A DNA stretch of 64,000 nt from the human T2T-CHM13v2.0 reference genome, Homo sapiens. The translations under genes were made by a program, and so were the position numbers. The notes beneath the pieces are model-generated. The model was not told the origin of the DNA. It did not search any database and saw nothing but the letters and a program-made list of their open reading frames with translations. This document shows, piece by piece, positions 12,451-23,101 of this stretch (position 1 is the first letter of the stretch; every line of letters starts with the position of its first letter). The stretch lies in assembly GCF_009914755.1 (NCBI RefSeq), contig NC_060932.1; one strand, 5' to 3'.

Positions 12451-12490
12451 AAAATGGAGATGAAGCGTTCACTTATTATACCTTACCAAG
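12451..12490 (+). other. Candidate 40-nt exon (unconfirmed, possibly MIR-derived)
   Basis: Branch-like cactaa, tract tcattttacccttccAG, donor AAG|GTAAGC. Confidence 0.25.
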
Positions 12491-14261
12491 GTAAGCTTCA
12501 TACATTAATGTAAAATATTTTGAAAATGTCACATAAAATCTATTATAGAAATACAAGATGTTACCAGTGATTTTTCTCTAGCAGGATATACCAGAGGGGA
12601 ATCGCCTCCAACAGAAATGGAATTGTAGTTTCTAGCCCCCCTTGCTGGACAATCAATGTAAAAACATCAGTTTCTCAGGCTTCCAGCTGCACAGCAGATG
12701 TTAGTGGGAGAGAAGGTTGGGGCAGTGCAAACTGGTTTGGCTCACCCGTCAGAATCCTTGTTCACAGCCTCATTTCAAGAGATCTCACTGGGTTCCCATT
12801 TCGGCTGAGAGTGTTTAGAGGGAAAGACTGCCCTGTCTCCCTTCCAAGTAGAGAAAAATAATAATAATAAAGCTCTTCAGAAATCAATATATATTCCAAT
12901 TTCCTTAAGTGAGCCGTGGCATTTTTACAACTTGTCTGTGAAATTTCATAACCACATTCAGAAACACAACTTCTACTGGGGTAGCAGTCCTAACACAGAA
13001 GAGGGAAGGGGATGGAAGTTAGTCACATCTAACCAAAACAACAAGGAGCATTCGAGTCAGCAGAATGTAATTACTGGGATGGAAATGGTGGCCGGGACAG
13101 TGGGCTTTAGTCACTCACGTGATCTTATGAGAAGTACCATCCGATCTTTGATAATGACACTGACACACTCAGAAAGAGAGACCAATATAGGATGCTTTTA
13201 ACAGGTGCTCTCCTCTCTTCTCTGCCACCTTACATGTCTAAAAGAGGTTAGTGAACCGAACCTTTGAAGGACATTTTGAAGGCAGCAGACACAGCTTGAA
13301 TGTTGGGTGGTTGTTTTTTAATGGACTTGTCAGCAGCCATTCTCATTTGCAATAGAATTCCCTTTCTCTCCTACCCTTTCTCAGGTTTGTGTTTTCCCAG
13401 TGCTGTGCCAATGCTGAATAATTTACAAGGATAGAAAAAGAAAACTGTCACTATCACAGTCCCAGGGCTCTCCACTCACTCATCTGTCACATGGTCAAAT
13501 GTCACTGGTGCCATTATTTGTGAGGGGTGAGATTAACGCCACGTAGCTACTTGCCTTGTTTCTTTATCTATTGTTAATGGTACTGAACTCCAAATGTATT
13601 TTTTAGAAGAGCTGGTTGCCATTTCCGCAACAAATGTCCCACCTAAGGAAATCCAAATAACTGACCTCCCCATTCCATCTCACCCTTTCATCTGTCTTCA
13701 TCTGTTTCTTCTTATCTGGCATTTCCACCCACAGCATAAAAATACAATCTAGTTAGAACTATATTCAGAAGAAATGCCAGCATTCAAAGTGATCCCAGTC
13801 ATGTTGGTTCTGTTCCTTATTAGGAGAGAGAGAGAAAAAAAAGGCCATCCTGGTTGCAATAATAAAGAGTCACAGTGAATCACAGAAGGAGCGGACAAAA
13901 GATCCCCTGCACACAGATGGCACTTTGCAGAAGGGAAATCAGAGGCACGGCACTCAGGGGAATTACCAAAGTACAGAAATGCGAGCATCAACATTTTTTT
14001 TCTTTATTAAGAGGGTAAAATAGCAGTATTGATTATATAAAAGAAAAAGAAAAAAATATAAAATACTAATAATCATCTAGTTTTAATATAATAAAGAAAA
14101 TAAATTTTACATAGGTAGATGCTGACATTAACCCATGAAAATTTATTGCTGTGTTCTAAGCATGGAAGAACTCCCATCCCTGATTGAAGACCAGGCTCTC
14201 CGAAGAATGGTGAAATGTATTAAAATTCCTATCTATTGGTGTCTCAAGTGCGAATATTCAG

Positions 14262-14435
14262 AAATAATAATGATAGCTCGTGTCAATCAAGTACTTAGTA
14301 AATGCTTTAAATGTACCATTACTGTTAATGCTTATAAAGATTGCTACTGTTAGTACCTCCATTTTACAGATAAGAAAACTGAGGCACAAAATGTTTAAGT
14401 AAATGATCCAAGTAAGTGGTAGTGAACCTGAGACC
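14262..14435 (-). mobile_element. MIR SINE
   Basis: ccattttacagataagaaaactgaggcacaaa...ttaagtaaatgatccaa. Confidence 0.85.
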
Positions 14436-16145
14436 GGTCATAGAGTAAGACACTAAACTTCCATTTGAAAAATGTGTATCTACACACTACTGAAGAATTG
14501 AGGGAAGATTGAAAAATTTAATTCACTCTTATGAGCTTGGGTCAGGTTAACAGCCTTACAAAGCCTACACCATTTGTTTCTGCCTCTCCTCGTTTGAGTG
14601 CCAGTTGACTGAATTAAATTCTTAAGAATTAACTTGCTCCTGTCCTATTGAGTGAGCTAATTTGAAATGACTAGAATTTATTTGCTTCCTACTCTTTTTC
14701 ATGACATATGATTGGATCTCGGCTCTGGTTCATTAACAGGTAAGCTACAGGCACAAGTTATCCTGTCCCAACTTGGCTTCTCATCCTTGAGTGTTTCTTT
14801 GTGTTTCCTTTTGGTTTGATTTGGGGAAAATCCTGATATTTTATCTCAGGTGATACCTTAGAAGGGTAGATAAAAACACAGAGCAGCTCTGATCCCATTA
14901 GCTGCCTTAAAAGGGCAGGGAGGAATTGAGGAGATCTGCTATCTTATTCACCTCTAGCAGATAAGTGCTCTCAGAGAGCTACAAAGGCAAAATCCCCAAG
15001 GAACCTACAATAAAGACACCTGGGTCATCTTGTGGAGCGATGCCAGCTGAAACCCAGAGGCTGTTTCTGTGAATATATAAAATGACCTGGAGAATCCAAC
15101 TTCACTCTGAACACACTGATCACTTTTTCCAAATGTCAAATGAAAACCTGAAATTTCAAGGTAAAGATCTGGAACCTTCTATCTCTTAGTTACGGGGACA
15201 GAGATTGGCAATAATGCAATCATCTGGGATGTTATCAGGTCCATGAGCAAATGGATGCTGCATGTGGAAGGAGACTTCAGTGAACAGATTCAGCACATAG
15301 ACAGTCATTTGCTCCAACTGATTTCTATTTGTGCTGATGGTGACTCCAAGTCATCAGATCTGATGGAAAATTATCACTCCTTAGGCACAACTAGTGGTGG
15401 ATACAGGTGCTTTGGAATTAACCAGTGGCTAGATTTGTGGTTCCTTCACATTGAACCGATCTTTTCTAATTCCAGATACTTAGAATACAAAAGGAAAAAA
15501 AAAAAACTTAAAAAAAAGTGGTTGTGCAAACTTGTTGTAGGAAACTACTAATGGTTACCCTTAAAGGTTTTTTAAAATGTAGGTATTTTTGGAGGAAGAT
15601 TGAGCCCATTCTTGCAGAAGCAACAACTGCTGAAAACAAAGTTTATAAATTGCACTGTGATCCCTGACCCCTTGAATGACAAAAAGAGGCAACATAAGCC
15701 TTCTTGTATAGGCTCACTTAAGAATCAACTTTTGCAATATTGTTGCCCAATAAAATACTACTGTCATTAAACCTCAAGAGAAAATGCGATTTGAGAAAGC
15801 TGTAAGGGCTCTTTGTAGAGAAAATTCCAAGAGCACTGAATGGCCATGAGGTCTTCCTTCGACTTCCAAAATTTCTCTTACTTCAAAGTTTCTGACAAAG
15901 TTCCCTTAGCATTCTTCATGGGACTGGCTTTTATATTTTCTAGGCCAATAAACATGCCTTGATAGAAAAACAATTGTTTAAGGGGAAATATTAAAGAATT
16001 TATCTTGAAAGTCATTTCAAAAGATTCATTATCTGGCTTCATTGTCTGTCAGAATCTTAACTTTCTGAGCCCTTTAGTGTGTAAATCATTCTTTACTTCA
16101 CCAAGGAAATCCACGAAAATTGTCAGTGAAAGCCAAACACATAGA

Positions 16146-16360
16146 TTCATTCATTCATTCATTCATTCATTCAACCAACAAATGATTATCATTGCAGATA
16201 TGACATGCAAGTCACACTGCTATACACAAGTGATCAAAAGGATAAGATACATGTCTAACTTAAAGAGGTTTTTATTCTACTGGGAGAAAAGGACATACAA
16301 ACTGAAAAATAAAACATGTTATGGAAAATAATGGAAACAGAGCCAGAGTATTATGGATAA
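16146..16360 (-). mobile_element. L2 3' end with (ATTC)n tail
   Basis: (attc)n then caacaaatgatta...taagatacatgtct...ttctactgggaga. Confidence 0.75.
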
Positions 16361-16877
16361 TACCAGACTCAAGATTTTCTGTGATTTTTTTTTTTTTTTT
16401 GGCCTGGACTGGGCCACTTGCCTTTGCATAATATAACCAGGGGTATCATTTTAAAAATGAATATAAACATTTCTATAGAAACCTCTACTTTCAGAGAGGA
16501 AGTTTTAAAGTATATTAACATATTTATGTGTGACAATGAATGTGGCCTATTAACAGCAGAATTAATCATTCATTAAAGCAAACTTGAAAAGAATGCTCAC
16601 TTAATAACATACTTTTATTTATTATATAAAATTACATAATTCAAAATTTTTTAACATTTATACTCACCTTCATACACATTAGTGAGGTTGTAATGCGTAT
16701 TTGATTTCTTAATTCAGGCATCAGCAAGCTACCCTCAGCCTACTCAGGTGTGCAAACATTTTTGATCAAAGAAGGTCTTAGTGAAAATAGGATCTTGAAG
16801 GTAATGATAAGTATTACTAAAAAATAATTTGGGAACAACTGAATTGTACACTTTGTAGGACCCTTATAAAAGGTCTG

Positions 16878-17106
16878 TGCTATGGTCTGAATGTTTATGT
16901 TGGCTCCTTTTGCCTTGCCACCACGTGAGGATGCAGGAAGAAGACATCATTTACAAATCAGTGAGTGAGCCCTCACCACACAATAAATCTGCAGGAGCCT
17001 TGATCTTAGGCTTTTTAGCCTCCAGAACTGTGAGCAAGGAATTTCTATTGTTTTTAATTACCCAGCCTAAGGCATTTTGTTACAGAGGCTCAAATAGTCT
17101 AAGAGA
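16878..17106 (+). mobile_element. MLT1A0-like solo LTR with internal deletion
   Basis: Starts tgctatggtctgaatgttt; gccttgatcttagg...agcctccagaactgtgag; perfect TSD gtctg at 16873-16877 and 17107-17111; 229 bp. Confidence 0.9.
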
Positions 17107-18147
17107 GTCTGTCTATATTCATATACACATATGTATAATATACAGGCACATTCATAATGACCTTAAGAATCATAAAGATCAATCTTACATACATGCTGTC
17201 ACCATAGGTCTCAGATCCTTCAATGTAGTCTCGATTCCAGGTATTCTCTCTGATTTTAAGACTGTGCCAGAAAATGTGTCCATATTTGAGTTTTAATATG
17301 TATGTATTACTTTGTTTTAGAAAATATTATTGATTTTTAAATTATTGTTACTAAAGTAATAGGCATTCCAAGAGAGCAAGCTTCAGTTCATGGTCATTAG
17401 TTGTGCAGTAGGATTATGTGGAACAAGATGGAAATTATATATAGCATTGGTAACATGTGTTCCTAGAAATTCATTAACACATGGATTTTTGAAATATGAA
17501 AACAGCAATCTGCTTGAAGGTTTTCATAGTAGTCAAAGATCAGTATGGACATTTGCAAGCCTTCCCGAAGATGACTGGACAAAATAATGGGAGTGAATGT
17601 TATTATTTTCTTTTACTGGAAGATTTCTTTTGTCTGATTAGTAATATGGATACTGTGAGCTTCTGAAAGAAAAAAATCTTTCCAAACAGATGGAATTCAT
17701 TTAAATAAGAAAAGTAAGAGGAGTGCAGACAGAAGCGCAATGGCTCTTGCTATTATCATATGAAAGTACTGTCTAGATCATATGAGTAACAGCCAAGTAA
17801 GCCAGCCATGATGTCCCATGTTATAATAGTCCACCGCTGAACATTTCACATGGGCCATGTGTGGAGTTTTTAAATCTTTCTGACTTTTATGAAATACTGC
17901 ATTACTATTATTGGTGTTATTATAGTTATCACCTTACTTCATATTATGTCGCTTTTGACAAACTTTAAATTATCATACAGATGTTAATATCCACAGTTCA
18001 ACAAAGCAGATGCACCACATACTTGTAAAATAAGCTCCATGTGTTTAAGGTTGCAATGAACCTCTTTTCTTTAACCAGCACCATCACTCAGTAACAGAGC
18101 TAGCCATCTCCATGTAAGTATGTGTGTATGCATCTAAAATAGTAATG

Positions 18148-18612
18148 GATTAGGACTCTTTCCTTGCAAAAGAAGAGGAATCAAGTTTATTTAACTTTAG
18201 AAAGAAAGGGACATTGCTAATTAAGACACAAAGATATTCTATGTCTGAATCTGAGATCTTCTCTGAAAATCTGCTTACTCATTCTCTCTCTTTTAACTGT
18301 CTTTCTTTGCCTTCCAGCAACATGTGGATTTATGATGACATCCTATAGCTTCTGGGTTTAGGCTTTGTCATTCAACAAACCAACTTAGACTGGACTCCTC
18401 TTTTCATCCTAATTTGAAAATGCCTGGAAAAAGAGTTTGATTGTATGAGCTTAGGTCAAACAAAGTTATTGGACTTCTAATCCAATAACTTTGGTCAAGG
18501 GGGTAGGATCCAGAACAAATATGGCTCCTGAGGTTGCCAGGCATGTAAATAAGAGAAGCATTGAAGAGTCAAAAGGCATCTTTATAAGCTAGACAGACTA
18601 TTCCAAATGTTA
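18148..18612 (-). mobile_element. Old MLT1 (L/N-like) LTR
   Basis: gattaggactctttccttgcaa...gagtttgattg..agcttaggtca...tccaataactttggtcaaggggg...aaatatggct. Confidence 0.55.
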
Positions 18613-18619
18613 CAGTCAT

Positions 18620-18850
18620 AAATAACTAATAATGTATGGCAATTTATATTTTACAAAGATGTCATATGTATTTTCAAATTTTATCTCATTTGATCCTCAC
18701 AACACCCTTCAGTAGACGTAGATATCATTATTCTTATATTTCAGATGAGGAAACAGAAAGTACAAAGACTTAGTGACACAGCTGGACTACAAAGGAGCTA
18801 CTACTAAACCTCAGGTTTTCTGATTCGAAATTCAGCACTCTTCTTCCTAT
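18620..18850 (-). mobile_element. MIR SINE
   Basis: atctcatttgatcctcacaacaccc...tttcagatgaggaaacaga...caggttttctgattc. Confidence 0.85.
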
Positions 18851-19487
18851 TCTATGGGAACAGTAGTTTCCGATTTTGTCAGAGTATGAATAAAACTTGA
18901 AAACAGGTTTCTGATCTTTATTTTTTTTCCTAAAACAGGACCTCTATTTTCTTTCCTGAGAAGGTTCCCCTCGCCACACTCTGACCAAATGTAACTGGGG
19001 TTCCTCCAGTGATTGTCCCACATGTGGTCACAGGCAATTTACCAACCAGATTTACCATGAAGGGTCTGCTTTATTCAACTTTTCCTGCCATTGCTTTCTT
19101 CATTAATTCCACTGCCACTGATGGGCTCTGAAGACACTCACTGTTGCCTCCATAGGCAGAGCCCATCCTCGGGCGGCAGATATTCTTTCCAAAGGAGCTG
19201 TGTCTGCTGTTCCCCGAACTGCCTTCTTTGAAGTTGCAGAGCCATGCTGAGATTCCTGTGAATGAGGTAATGGCCTTCCATGCCTCTCATCACACCGTTT
19301 CACCTGTGCCATAATGCAACTCTGCTTGAGCCAAGTCTCACCAGGTATGTCAAATGTAAATTTCCTCTTTTAATTCTGACCTCTCTCTTAATAGCATCTC
19401 CAATAAAGTAAAAGAGAACATATAGACAGGAAACATGATCCTGGACATCCCTGGCACCTCTCCGTCTCTCCCATGTACTACTTTTCT

Positions 19488-20090
19488 TTCATTCATTCAT
19501 CGCCCTTTCATGTATTCATTCACCCAGAAAATGATTCTTGTTTAGTGCTTACCATATGCCGTGTGTCGAGAGACACAGTGGTCAACTGGAGAGTCAAGGT
19601 TTCTCCCCTCAGGCTCACTTCTAGTTAAGAGAGGGGAGGGAAAACAAACACATGAACAAATAAAGCGAATAATTTCTGATAGGAAGAAAATATATCAGGG
19701 TATTGGGGATGTTAATATCTAGTGAGGTAAAGGGGAAACTTGGATGGGCCTCATTTGAAGAATTGACAATCTATAAATCCGATTTATGTAAAACATATCA
19801 TTTTTGCAAAGAGAAGCAAGTGGAAAACTTCAGGCCAAGGAAAGAATGAGTATAAAGGCTTTGAAGAGGAAATAGCTTGGTGTCTTTGAGGAAAAAGAAG
19901 ACTAGAGTCTTAGGAGAGTAGCAAGAGGTAAGGTCAGAAAGGTAGAAAGAAGCTAGGTCATGGGGAGTTTTGTAGTCTACAGGAAGAAAGTTAAATCTTA
20001 TTCTAAGTGCAATGAAAAAACACCAAAAGTTTTTCAGCAGATAGCATAACAGTTTTAAATGATCATTCTGGCTATTGTAGGGAAAATAAA
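19488..20090 (-). mobile_element. L2a
   Basis: attcattcat tail; agtgcttaccatatgcc...gcttggtgtctttgagga...ttattctaagtgcaatg...gatcattctggct. Confidence 0.8.
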
Positions 20091-20401
20091 ACATTGGCAT
20101 TAAGAAAACCCTATTCCTTCCTTCCTTGTACCATAAATAAATGAGTACATTCTCATGAATATAAAAGTATTGCAAATACTTGCTTGGGAAGAAGAGGGAG
20201 GATTTGCTGTCTAAATTGAAGTACTGAATAAGATATGATTCTTCCACATGTATACATCAGCACAACTTTTTGAATCCACAATACATGTCAAATTGTACAT
20301 TTAGCACTGGATAACCTAAGCAGCATACAAGGCCTCTCCTCCAGGAGCTTTCAGTCCAAAAGAAGGTGCAGAGAAGAAAAGAAACAATTTCAATTCAGTG
20401 T

Positions 20402-20938
20402 TATATTAGTTATATCTTGCTGTGTTTCAAACCACCCCAAACTTAGTGGCTAAAAATAACATGCTTTTATCATCTCACAATTTCTGTGGGAAGAGAATTT
20501 GGGAGTAACTTAGCTAGGTGGTCTGGCTCAGGGTCTCTCATAAGATTGCAAGCAAGATGTTGGCCAGGGTTACAGTCATCTGAAAGTTTGACTGGAGCTT
20601 AAGAATCTGTTTCCAAGATGGCGCCCTCACACAGCTCTTGGCTGGAAGCCTTGGATCCTTGCCATGAGAACTCTTCATGAAGGTATTTGAATTTCTTCAT
20701 GACATGGCAGCTAGCTTTCCCCAGAGAGAGCAATCCAAGAGAGTGCAAGAATGAACACACAAGGTCTTTTTACGACCTAATCTTGAAAATGACACACAGT
20801 GACTTCTACTACATTCTATTCTTCAGAAGAAAGTCACTCAGTAGAACCCAAACTCAGGACAGGGGAATTAGGTTTCACCTAATGTGAAGGAAGGGGTGGC
20901 AAAGGGTTATGGGGCATCCCTTAAAATCACTATCCACA
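20402..20938 (-). mobile_element. MLT1F-like LTR
   Basis: aaccaccccaaacttagtggct...ggctcagggtctctca...gtcatctgaaagtttgactgg...ttccaagatggc...gacatggcagct.gctttccccagag. Confidence 0.85.
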
Positions 20939-21138
20939 AATGTGATAAAGTAATGTTATGCAGGCAAATAGTGGCATCCTTAAATTAGACTTGGAGAATT
21001 TGAAAAGCCTTCCCACAGGAAAGTTAAGACTGGGAGTAGTAAGTGAAGAAGAGTTCAAAGAGCACCTTAGGCAGAAAGAAGAGTTAGGAAAATGTCTCTC
21101 CAAATAAGAAAGCGTGATGCATCAGGAAAATGGCAGTG

Positions 21139-21322
21139 CGGCATCTCACTGAATCTCTGAAGTTATCAGCTGTAGCAGGGCCCTTCATTTTATACACCAA
21201 CAAGAAACAAAAATCGCTGCCACTTAAATGGGACAAATTATTGATTGTAAAACACATCTTAATTTTAGAAGTGTGAAGATATGAAATGAAATCAAAGTGC
21301 AACTTGGAATCAATGAAATTGG
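21139..21322 (-). mobile_element. MER104-like TcMar-Tc2 MITE
   Basis: ttgattgtaaaacacatctt aattttaga...gtgcaacttggaatcaatgaaattgg. Confidence 0.7.
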
Positions 21323-21404
21323 TAGTTTGCTATTGAAAGGGCTTAGAGTAAGGTAGGAGAGTGTGAAGTTGAAGCTGGAAAGGTAACATGGGCCGGATGA
21401 TGAG

Positions 21405-21820
21405 TGTATCAGGTCAGTCATGTGTTCATATAAAGAAATACCTGCAACTAGGTAATTTATAAAGAAAAGAGGTTTAATTGGCTCGTGGTCTGCAGGCTGT
21501 ACAGGAAGCATGGTGCCAGCATCTGCTCAGCTTCTGGAGAGGTCTCAGGGAGCTTTTACTCATGGTGGAAGGTAAGTAGGAACAAGCACATTACATGGTC
21601 AGAGTAGGAGCAAGAGCAGAGAGGAGGTGCCACACACTTTTAAATGACCAGATCTCATGAGAACTCAGTATCACAAGGACAGCACCAAGGGCATGGTGCT
21701 ACACCATTCATGAGAAATCCACCGCTATGACCCAATCACCTCCTACCAGACCCCACCTCCAACACTGGGGATTACAATTTGACATGAAAGTCAGAGGGGA
21801 CACATATGCAAACTACATCA
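21405..21820 (-). mobile_element. MSTB-like solo LTR
   Basis: taaagaaaagaggtttaattggctc...catggtgccagcatctgctcagcttctgg...ccccacctccaacactggggattaca; TSD atgag/atgcg. Confidence 0.9.
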
Positions 21821-22296
21821 ATGCGGGATCCTAGAAGCCTCTAAGTTTAGTCTTTAGCCCATTGTCATTGGGAAGCCTTGGAGGTTTTAAAACAATGGTG
21901 AGTACTCAGATTTGTATTTTAGAAAGATCACTGTGGCTGCAGTGCATAAAATAACTTGAAGGAAGGCAAGGATACCAGTTAGGTGTTGGTTGTATTAAAG
22001 ATCCAGAACAGATAAGATGGTGACTTGAACAAAAATTAGTGACAGTAGACGGATTGCAGAGATATTAAAGAAAAAAATCAACCAGAGCTAGTGATTAATT
22101 GGATGTGGGGGTGGGAGAAAAGAGAGTGGGCTCTATAATATTAAAACACCGCACCTCCATAAATTTTACACGATGACAATATGTAGAGTTTTAATACCAT
22201 TCTGATTGTTATTAATTACTATTATTGGCATCATTATTCTTATCACTTCATATTTTATTATCTTGCTGGGACTAGATGAATTCATGTTATTTAGAG

Positions 22297-22556
22297 AAAC
22301 AGCATGATATAGTGAAAAGTGCAGGGTCTGGGGAGACAAAAGAAAGGTTGTTATGCAATGCCGCCTTGATCCTGTAGTAGCAAGTGAATTTGGGCAAGAT
22401 GTATGACTTCTCCAAGACTGTTTTCTCATCTTTTAAATGAAGATAGCAATTTCTCCTCTGCTGGTGAAACAGGGGAAGTTTATGCTAAGTGTCTGACTTA
22501 GTGCTTCATTGCTTGACATACAGTGGGTGCCCAATTAATGGTCGCTATTATTATTA
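22297..22556 (+). mobile_element. MIR (b-like), near full length
   Basis: cagcatgatatagtgaaaag...tgggcaag...ttttctcatcttttaaatg...acatacagtgggtgcccaattaatggtcgctattattatt. Confidence 0.8.
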
Positions 22557-22614
22557 CATTCATATAGCACTTAATTTGACAGGCCAAATGACCATTTAGT
22601 TGGTTATTTTTCAG

Positions 22615-22671
22615 AGCAATTTTTTGAAATAATGGAGAAGATAATGAAAATGGATGACGCTATTAAGGCAG
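22615..22671 (+). other. Candidate 57-nt symmetric exon (unconfirmed)
   Basis: Acceptor ttggttatttttcAG, consensus donor CAG|GTGAGT, open phase-1 frame QFFEIMEKIMKMDDAIKA. Confidence 0.3.
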
Positions 22672-22909
22672 GTGAGTGATAGAGGGATTCATATTGTAGC
22701 TTCTACCCTAGTCTACCATGGGTATTACAGAGAAATAATCATATATGTTTAAGTTCAACAGTCTATGTGCAGGGTATTCTGCCTATGCATAGCAGATCAT
22801 TTTGCAAAGGATGTTAGACTCTAATTTTCCCACAATTAGGCAGGTTGTTAATGGGTATTTTATAAATTTTTAAAGACAAGTTTCATTGTCAAGGACAAGT
22901 TTCATTGTC

Positions 22910-23101
22910 AAGGAAGTTTAAGAAATGCTGGGATTTGTTAAACTAGTTCCTTTTCTGCAGAATTTACCAAAGCTTTAAATATTCTGAAGTGTGCTATAAA
23001 TCTCCAAGAAGGGAGATAAGATGCAGCATCTTCCAAACTTATTTGATGATGGAACTCTTTTGAGACTAGTTTTCCACAGAACACGCATTTGGGAAATTTT
23101 G
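22910..23101 (-). mobile_element. MER103C-like hAT-Charlie
   Basis: aatctccaagaagggagata..atgcagcatcttccaaacttatttga..atggaac...ccacagaacacgcatttgggaaa. Confidence 0.8.

Larger units (their letters stand above)
20255..22130 (-). mobile_element. L2 (c-like), interrupted by MLT1F, MER104 and MSTB
   Basis: Colinear L2 pieces at ~20255-20400, ~20940-21135, ~21325-21404 and ~21826-22130 (tttgtattttagaaagatcactgtggctgcagtg; gtgattaattggatgtgggg). Confidence 0.7.

Noticed and set aside
16480-16840. Possible hAT-Charlie remnant ending aataatttgggaacaactg
   Set aside because: Only the terminus resembles the family; not enough to call
19798-20247. 149-aa ORF, the longest in the track; likewise 4023-4436 and 16877-17296
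   Set aside because: They overlap L2 or MLT1 remnants, the first two are F/L/I-rich from base composition, and none has a recognisable domain
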